Notes under the pieces: generated by a model
What the model was told of the DNA's origin: nothing
Database searches by the model: none
What the model saw: only the letters and a program-made list of their open reading frames with translations
Assembly (NCBI GenBank): GCA_951406725.2
Contig: OX597830.1
Coordinates: forward strand, 32,240,001 to 32,304,000
Length of the DNA stretch: 64,000 bases
Origin: Octopus vulgaris
Taxonomy: Eukaryota
Reading direction: 5' to 3'
In this document: positions 55,068 to 64,000 of the stretch, piece by piece
How the letters are laid out: the number at the start of each line of letters is the position of its first letter
How positions within the stretch are numbered: the first letter of the stretch is position 1
Program-made: the position numbers and the translations under genes

Positions 55068-56625
55068 ATTTTTTATATACACACGCTGACATATGACCAA
55101 CGCTTAACTCCTTATTCGCATAATTACCGAACCTGGAACTTATCTACGATCCATCTATAGCACTTATTCAACTTTACCTGACACCTTTGGGTCCCAATGA
55201 CACCATTACCTCTTATAACCCCCTCTCTCTCTCTCTCTCTCTCTCTCAATATATATATTACACACACACACATATATATATATGAAACTTAAATGTCTAT
55301 GATTTTACAGTAAATTTTAAGCTTTCCCTTTTTATGTGAAATGTTGCAGCACTCCTACCCTTGATTCAACAGAACAGTGGGGATGTGAGAAAAGATACAA
55401 ACGATGCGAAACTCTCTTCAGGGGCTACAAAGAAAGAAAGTATAATGATAAGCAGGACAAAGAAGCTATTTTATAAATCATTTTAAAAAGAGGCAATAAG
55501 AGAAGCTACACAATATATGGAATAATTATTAAGCACTAAGAAATTTTAACAATATACTCATAGAGGAACATATACACATATACACACATACGCATTTTTA
55601 CGAAGAAACAATAAAACATGAGATATTAATGATTAGGTAGAGTTTAAGACACTCCAGAAACAATTCTCTTCACAAATTCTCAAATTGTTTACAAGTGCAA
55701 CCAAATGCACCAGTGAGCATTTTTTGGAGACATTTGATGATGAAAACCCCCATCTTTAAGATTTTATCCATAAAAATTCGATATGATAGCTTAATTTCAA
55801 TTTTGATAGTCATCTATCTCTTGCATGTTGTTTAATTCTGAACATAATTGTTTTTGTGCCATTCTAGCTTCTTCAGAATGTTTGTTGTACCAGAGATACT
55901 TAATTTTGTCTATTAGCTGTTTGCTTGATTATTGAAGAATGATAAATTTTATTTCATTTTTGTTCTTTTCATTTTCTTCATCCCTTTCCTGAGGAAGGAT
56001 TTCGTCAATTGTAAGAAATAGTTCCTACTTATCTATTTCTGTTGTTCTATGTCGGGTCTTCTCTTTACTATGATTTCCCCTCGTATTTCTCTTCGTATTT
56101 TCACAAGGAATTATCAAATGTAATCATTATTTCTTCATCCTCACACGATGAAGGTGTGATACCCCCGCTTGGTACTGTTAACGGAACAGACGAGGTAAGA
56201 ACTCATCAACTTGTGATACTTGGCTTGAAGATCTTTCATTTACTACCCCCAAATTTGTAATTGGTGGTACACTGGAAACAGGGGTTCATTTTCCTTGATT
56301 TTCTTCAGTCTTTCCAGTTCTTCTCGACTTTCGGCTCAAAGGTGCATTTTACTTTAAATGTAGCAAATAATCTTTCTGCCTTGTATTACTAGTTTCAAAT
56401 TTTGGCACAAGGCCAGCAGTTTGGGGGTAGATCGATCCCAAGGCACAACTGGTACGTATTTATCGACTCCAAAAGGATGAAAGGCAAAGTCGATCTCGGC
56501 AGAATTTGAACTCAGAACGTAAAGACAGACGAAATATCACTAAGCTTTTCACCTGGTGTGCTAACGTTATTGCCAGCTCGCCGCCTTAAATAATGCTAAT
56601 AAAGGAATCATAACAGTAACAATAA

Positions 56626-56706
<81 letters not shown>

Positions 56707-56955
56707 TCACTACTACAGCCAACGATTCTAGTCAACGCACAAGACAGCCATTATGTTCCCACACATAAAACGCTACAACGTGGACTCTGTTGAAACTAGT
56801 CAGAAATAATTATGAACTTTTATAACACTTAACCTTTTTAAATATTTTTTTGATAAGGTTCGTTTTGTTAAAGAACCGAAACATTTAAAATCTCTCAGAA
56901 AATTAAAATTTATCTGGTATAGTGGCATTTTCAAACTTCTTCATATATATATATA

Positions 56956-57727
56956 TCTTCTATAGATATATAAAACTGAGAATGTGTGTCTGTCTGTCTG
57001 TCTGTCTGTGTGTTTCCGTCAAACTTCAGAACTACACAACCAATTTCATTCAAATTTTACACATGCCTTACTTAGGGTCCGGGGAGTGTCATCGGCAAAA
57101 ACAAATTTAACTTTTTGCCTAGGGCGAGCCCACAGCAATATCATATGTTATCCACTACGATTCCCTAAAACTTGAGAACTACACAACCAATTTCATTCAA
57201 ATTTTACACATGCTTTACTTAGGGTCCATGTAGTTTCATGGGCAAAAGAAATGTTCAACTTCTTGCCTAGGGCGAGCCTATAGCAATATCATATCTTCTC
57301 CACTATTTCAGTATTACGTGTTAAAAATAAAACAAAAACATTTCTCTATTTTATGTCAGATATTTCACTTTAACAATAAAAATTAGAGATAATAATAATA
57401 ATGGAGTTATATGTAGTAAGTAATAATTAAAACCAAACTAAAGTATAATATAATAATTAAATCGTAACATAACAAAAGTAAAAATAGCAATTGGTATAAA
57501 ATTGCATCAATGACTTGAACTTGAATAAGTGAGTGTGCAGAAATGGAATAGTCCAGATGGATAATAAAAAATTAAATTAAAGAAAAGACAATTGTCTATA
57601 AAATATACAATGTAGAGAAAAAAGATTTGAACGCCTGGAGGAAAGCACCTTCGAAAATTGTCTCGGTGCGACTATGAAAGATATCTAACCAGAGGCGGTA
57701 AATTCGCCACAATAGAAGCAAGGTTCG
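56956..57727 (+). mobile_element. Non-autonomous Helitron, 3'-truncated, with an internal ~147-bp duplication
   Basis: TC..TATATAAAACTGAGAATGTGTGTC(TGTC)n start; homologous to 58737-59382. Confidence 0.8.
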
Positions 57728-58223
57728 TGTGAATTTTGTTTTTAACGTTGTTTGCATGACTTGTTTATATCCTCAACGCCACTGTTATTCTGTGGTACTT
57801 TCCACATCTATAATGTGTGGCCACTGTTGTGACTGTAGCTGTTGTATCTACTCAAGTAGCCAGGATATTTTCTTGGTATCATATACAATGTATCTCTTCA
57901 ATACCAGAATGATAATACACTACCTTCTCTATCATGGTATCGCTGATAGCTCTGCAAAACATCGAATTTGAACCATCTATCTTGACTGTAACTCGAACTC
58001 GACTATAACCCATAACTGACACTTAACTTCAACTAAGAACTCGTACAATGACTGTACAATGACTGGCACACCACATTCAATACTGGTTGACGTTGTCTCA
58101 CTTTATAGTAGCTGGTCATACCACTAGTCCTGTAGGAGGAGTGTACTATTTCCACTACAACAATCTCACTGATAATTTCACAGCAATATGAGTGCATATA
58201 TATATATATATGTATACACACAC

Positions 58224-58281
<58 letters not shown>

Positions 58282-58285
<4 letters not shown>

Positions 58286-58568
58286 AAATAAGTAACAGGA
58301 TGTTAAGTATTAGTACAACACGACTGTTTCAAGCGACTGCATTAAATTGAACAATGCAAGCAATGCAATTACAAGAAAAATGAATTTTCTGATAAAATAT
58401 TTGAGAAAAATTATATTAATATTTCTTGTCTGTTGAAAATCCATATTTCTTGCAACTGAAGATAGCACTGCATTTAAATTGATGTAATGCTTGCATTGTT
58501 CAATTAAATGGAGCCGCTTGAAAAGGTCGTATTGCACTAATACTTGACAGCCTGTTACTTATTTTGAT
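58282..58568. mobile_element. Inverted-repeat cassette containing a long-stem-II hammerhead
   Basis: ATCAAAATAAGTAACAGG...CCTGTTACTTATTTTGAT arms; TGCAA-CTGAAGA-stem II-GAAA-AGGTCG-TA-TTGCA at 58451-58536. Confidence 0.75.
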
Positions 58569-58736
58569 TTTATTCACCTTACTTTGAGCTGTACAGATAA
58601 TACTGGACTGACTTGGTACCTCAACTCAAATACCGAATTCAACTGAATCTTAATTATTTCTTATGAATATATATATATATATATATCAAGATAGAGAGAG
58701 AGAGAGAGAGAGAGTAAGAGAGAAGAGAGAGATGTA

Positions 58737-59772
58737 TCTTTATATATATATAAAAGTGAAAATGTGTGTCTGTCTGTCTGTCTGTGTGTTTCCCTCAAAC
58801 TTGAGAACTACACAACCAATTCCATTCAAATTTTACACATGCCTTACTTAGGTTCCATGTAGTTTCATGGGCAAAAAAAAATGTTCAACCTCTTGCCAAG
58901 GGCGAGCCTATAGCAATATCATATCTTCTCCATTATTTCAGTATTATGTGTTAAAAGTGAAACAAAAACGTTTCTCTATTTTATGTCAGATATTTTCACT
59001 TTAACAATAAAAATAATAATAACAATTGAATTATATGTAGTAAGTAATAATTAAAATCAAACTAAAGGATAATATAATCGTAACATAACAAAAGTAAAAA
59101 TAGCAATTGGCATAAAATTGCATCAATGACTTGAACTTGAATAAGTGGTTTTACATGAATGGGAATCAATTAAAAATAAAATTAGCGTGCAGAAATGGAA
59201 TAGTCCAGATGGATAATAAAAAATTAAATTAAAGAAAAGTCTATTGTCTATAAAGTATACAATGTAGAGAAAACAGAAGATTTGAACACATGGAGGAAAG
59301 CACCTTCGAAAAGTGTCTTTGTGCGACTATGAAAGATATCTAACCAGAGGCGGTAAATTCGCCACAATAGAAGCAAGGTTCGAGTCAACGGAGCGTGCAA
59401 GGGAGTACTCGACTCGAACTTGCAAAGTGGAAATATTTTATTTTTACCTTTATATCTGGGACGTAGGACGTCCCGGATAAAAATTAAAAATGTCCCCCCA
59501 AAAGTAGAGGTAGGCTGGATCGTAGCCACACTTCTATACAAGAGGGAGGACAAGATACAATTGATCGAAATTACAAGAGACGGGCTAACAATTCCAGTCT
59601 GTTATATATTTTGAGTATTGTTATCACTAGCGATATCAAGATATAACTTTGTATTTTGTATTTTATGTGTAGATGTATATATATAGATGTACATGTAATA
59701 TGTATACATATATATACACATATATACATGCACTAGCACTATGACCCGGCAACGACGGGTCTTTAATGCTAT
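58737..59772 (+). mobile_element. Non-autonomous Helitron, near complete
   Basis: 5' TC and (GTCT)n near the 5' end; 3' hairpin GACCCG-GCAACGA-CGGGTC then CTAT (CTRR-like). A third Helitron head follows immediately at about 59772-59885. Confidence 0.82.
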
Positions 59773-60765
59773 ATATATATATAAAACTGAGAATGTGTGT
59801 CTGCCTGTCTGTGTGTTTCCCTAAAACTCGAGAACTACACAACCAATTTCGTTCAAATTTTACACATGCCTTACTTAGGATCCAAAGAGTGTCATGGGCT
59901 CGCTCTGGGCGCCATTGGACTCACTATCCAAGGCTACGACACCACAGTGAGCGCCATGGCGACCAGAGCTCGCTCTGGGCGCCATTGGGCTCACTGTCCA
60001 AGGCTATGGCATTGGTGTTACCGTTATAAATGGCTTGGCTTGGCTTCTGAAGGAGAGGAAAGAAAGAATTTTAATTATATATAGAGAACTATAGCGCGAA
60101 GGCAGCATAAAAAAAATAGGCCTCCCTCAGTTGTTGGCAGTTTTACCTACTCCACATTGCAGCAAGTTGCGTTTTCGTCAAAGCAATTGCTCCCCCAAAG
60201 CAAATTAAACAAAATTTGAGATACGAGTAACGTCAAAGCTGCTAACAAAAACAGGACAGTGAAAACATTCGGTAAGGGCTGTTTAACCCTAACGAGGGGA
60301 AGTGGTGAACGCTGGAGAAAGAAAGCTTTGTCAAGAGACAGACAAGAATGCATGAACGAGAAGAAAAAGAATTACATTTAGAAATAGATCTATAATTATT
60401 GAGGACAGAATTTCTGTTAGAAATAGAGAACTATAAATATTGAATTATGCATAAAGTGCTGACTTACATTCGGGGCTTCCAATTTCTCTGTAAAATATAA
60501 GATAATCGCAAAATCATCGTACATGTCACCATCGATTACAAACACCTGTGGAAGATGAAAGTTCCAGAGGACATTCTTGTTCTTTCGTTGTACAAGGATC
60601 GTATTATGTTTCGGCTTAAAATGAATTATAGATACAAATATAATGTATAGAAATATATAAAAACCAGAATAGAAAATAAACGTCTTAGGCATATAAAATG
60701 AGATAACATGAGATATCAAGGTGTTATAAACTTGAAACCTACTAGAATATCATAGATTAAATATA

Positions 60766-63333
60766 TCAAGTCATCCAGTCAGTTCTGTCCAATTTTACCT
60801 TTGTTTTTAGATTTGAATGAAATTTAATAGTATTTGCAAATGTCTAATTCAATTAAAAATTATTTTTATGCATTTGTGTACGTTTAAACTAATTAAGTAT
60901 TGTTTTACAAAATAATAGAGGGTGTCCACAAAGTCTGCGTACATGGGGATTAACGCATACTTTTAAAACAAAACAATTTTATTTAATTATAATGTCAATA
61001 AATAATATTTTCAAAGTGATTTCCATTATTTTCAATGCATAACTTGATGCGCCTTGCAGCATTCAGGTGAACTTGATTAAATAAGTCTACATTGCCATCA
61101 ATTTCAGCACACTGACTGGTAATGCGTTCTTTCGTGTGTTTTAAATCTGTAATCTTTATTGAGTAAACTTTCTCTTTCAACATACCCCAGAAAAAGAAAT
61201 CAAGGGGGAGAAAGGTCTGGTGAACGAGGGGACCATTCCATATGACCCCTTCTTCCAATCTAGTGAGGAAAAGTGTCATTAAGCCAATCTCTAACAGTTG
61301 TTGAAAAATGGGTAGGGGCCCCATTCTGCTGAAACCAATTCGGAAGGCCCTTGCCTAGGCGCTCAATTTAAGATATTAATTTGTCTCTCAATATATTTGC
61401 ATAAGTCTCATCCGTTACATGTTCAATGAAGAAGGGTCCTAGAACATGAGCTTTCCAAAAGCTACACCAAACCATCACCTTTTTGCTGCCTTGCTGTTTG
61501 GATAGATCCATCCAATGTGGATTACCTCGAGACCAGTATAGAAGATTCTGTCTGTTGACCTCACCATTTACATAAAACGTAGCTTTGTCACTGAACAACA
61601 CAAAGTTTTTCGGAAAATTGATATTTTCATCCAATTTATCTGAAAACCATTCGCACGTCTACATTCGTCTATCAGGATCGTCTTCATTTAAGTGATGCAA
61701 TATCTGTAGGTTGCATCGATGAAACTTTTCCTCAACCAGCATTTTGTGGATGGTTGGTTTTGGAACACCTAACACCGTGGATGTCTGACGAAGTGATTTC
61801 TTTGGGCTAGCAGAAACTTTAGCCTCGATAGCCTCTTTAGTTTCATCTGAAGTCTTTGATCGCCCGGGACGGGGTTTATCCAAAACACTGCCTGTTTATT
61901 TAAATTTCTTGATCAATTTCCTAACGGCAGTAAAATAAATAGGTTGCCTACAAGGGTGTTGAAGATTAAATTCTTCCGCAATTTGGGGATAAATCCATCC
62001 CTCTCGTCCACTTAATAATACTAACTCGATTCTTTCTTCTTTAGACAGATTCATCATTCGATCTGGGATTCTTTCTTTAGACAGAGCCATCATTCGATCA
62101 TCTGTAGAAAAAATAACAAATAAATTTACAAAAGTAAAGTATTTTTTTATTTAATTTAAACAAAAGTAAAAAAGGAAAATTATTATTTCTGATATTTATT
62201 TGTTTATGCTATGATTTTATTCCATAAACCCAGACTTCGTGGACACCCTAAAATTGCTTTGATTAAAACCCTTTCAACATGGAAGTATCCAAGGAGCATT
62301 TAAGGCACATATAATTCTTTATGAGTACAATAAAGGTAACTCTGCAGCCGAAGTGACTCGAAACATACACTCAGTTTATGGGAAAGTGCTCGAATGAAAG
62401 AACTTGCAGGAGATCGTTTGCAAAACTGAAGATGAATATCGAACAGGACATCCAGTTGAGTTTGATGATAAGCTCCTTGAAGCATTACTTGAAGAAAATC
62501 CGTCATTATCAGTTGAAGAATTGGCAATAAAGCTTAGTCCAAACCATACAACAGTTCATCGTCATCTTCAACAACGTGGTAAGATTCCTAAACTTGGAAA
62601 ATAGGTGCCTTATGTACTGTCCGAAAGCAACTGCAAATCCCGAGTTGGCATCTGCTCTTCTCTCCATTCTCGCAAACTCATTTCACCCTTTTTCGATAGA
62701 CTTGTGATGAAAAATGGATTTTCTATCGAAATGTTAAACGTCGTAAACAGTGGCTTGGTAAAAGGGAAAATGCTCAACCACAACCGAGAAGGGAACTTCA
62801 TGGGAAAAAGGTTCTTCTCTCTATCTGGTGCAAAGGTGTAATTAACTTTATATTGTTACCACCTAATGCAACAATCAATGCTCAAGTGTTCTGTCAGCAA
62901 TTAGAGCATTTGAACCAAGGTTTGAAGGAAAAAAGAGCCACTTTAGTGAGTCGAAAACGAATGATGTTTCATCAGGACAATGCGCAACCCCACACTGCAA
63001 AGATCACATCACAGAAGATCGAAGAGGTCGATTGTGAAAAATTTTTTCATCCACCTTATTCTCCCGACCTTGCTCCTTCAGACTACCATATGTTTCATAG
63101 TTTACCAAATTATTAGGGGGGGGCACAACTTTCGCAAACCAGGAGGAGGTCGAACCTGACATTTCAGAGTTCTTCGCTTTGAAACCAAAAGAGTTTTACA
63201 TTCATGGGATTGAAAAGCTTGTAAATAGATTGAAGTAAGTCATAGATAATCAGGGAAAGTACATTGATGATTAACTTTCAATTAAATACATTTGATCACT
63301 TGTATTCTTTATCCAAAATTCGGACAGACCCGA
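60766..63333 (+). mobile_element. Mariner (DD34D) pseudogene, interrupted in its 5' UTR
   Basis: AGTTCTGTCCAATTTT / AAAATTCGGACAGA TIR remnants; MEVSKEHLRHIILYEYNKGNSAAE..., KLGK*VP, HQDNAQPH...HPPYSPDLAPSDYHMF at about 62279-63270. Confidence 0.88.
60918..62250 (-). mobile_element. Full-length degraded Tc1/mariner-superfamily element of DD41D (rosa/Visitor)-like type
   Basis: AGGGTGTCCAC(A/G)AAGTCTG TIRs; SKEERIELV..TGSVLDKPRPGR..FSDKATFYVNGEVNRQN..W..KVMVW..FQQNGAPTH..WSPRSPDLSPLDFFFWG, with about 40 residues between the last two catalytic positions and several stops. Confidence 0.92.
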
Positions 63334-63339
63334 GATATA

Positions 63340-63872
63340 TAAACTGGCGAAAATATATTTAAGACAGACGATAAAAGTTCTATTTCTTATAAAATATTTT
63401 GTTACTAACACCATACAATTATTTTTATCTTTTACACCTTATGCAAAATTTATTTCTTTTTCGACTGATGCAGACAATAAATATTTTTATGCAACTTGAA
63501 GAATTCTAATTAATATAAACTTTTCAAATTTACCGGGAAAATTAGTTTAAGACCATGTAATATGTATGCATTTTGTTGGCCAAAATGGGTGGTCACACAA
63601 CGAGCCTAAATGCACCATACAAAGTTATAATTTAATGTTATTATATAATTTATTAATAATGGGAAAACAACGTAGTCTTAGTCCAGTCACGAGAGCAAAA
63701 ATCGTATATTACAGCAAAAAGTTTCCTTTTCGAACATCAGCAAGCAACTAAACTGCAGTAAACCGGCTTGCGTGCATGCGTAGAAGTTATACTCGGAGAC
63801 TGGTCAATATAAAGATAGGCAAGGGACTAGTAACAGAATATAATCGGTCTTAAATTTATTTTCGCCGGTGTG
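63340..63872 (+). mobile_element. Internally deleted Tc1-like element with IR/DR-like left end
   Basis: ACTGGCGAAAATATATTTAAGAC / GTCTTAAATTTATTTTCGCCGGTGTG|TA termini; inner repeat ACCGGGAAAATTAGTTTAAGAC at about 63533; MGKQRSLSPVTRAKIV start at 63659. Confidence 0.75.
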
Positions 63873-63953
<81 letters not shown>

Positions 63954-64000
63954 ATGGAATATTTTCCTTTTGAACGGCAGATGTCAACACAATTTCTAGT

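Overview
Eukaryotic, AT-rich, extremely microsatellite-dense non-coding DNA. The SINE families and (TA)n/(TG)n/(TAT)n load match what I recall for Octopus (coleoid cephalopod) genomes; this is recognition, not a search result. I found no convincing host gene exon, and almost all ORFs in the track are translations of microsatellites or SINEs. The window is dominated by transposon remains: many tRNA-derived SINE copies from at least three modular families, a long RTE-clade LINE (29.45-32.1 kb), smaller RTE, R4/Dong and Penelope fragments, a decayed Helitron RepHel gene (21.0-23.3 kb), a tandem non-autonomous Helitron cluster carrying a probable LINE ORF1 fragment (57-60 kb), several Tc1/mariner elements including a nested pair, and several MITEs. 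The most interesting signal is a set of unrelated minimal type-I hammerhead ribozyme (HHR) motifs. Three sit in head-to-head inverted-repeat cassettes resembling Penelope pLTR derivatives, and one of those cassettes inserted as a unit with a 12-bp target-site duplication (TSD). Coordinates were read by eye; ends of degraded elements are approximate.
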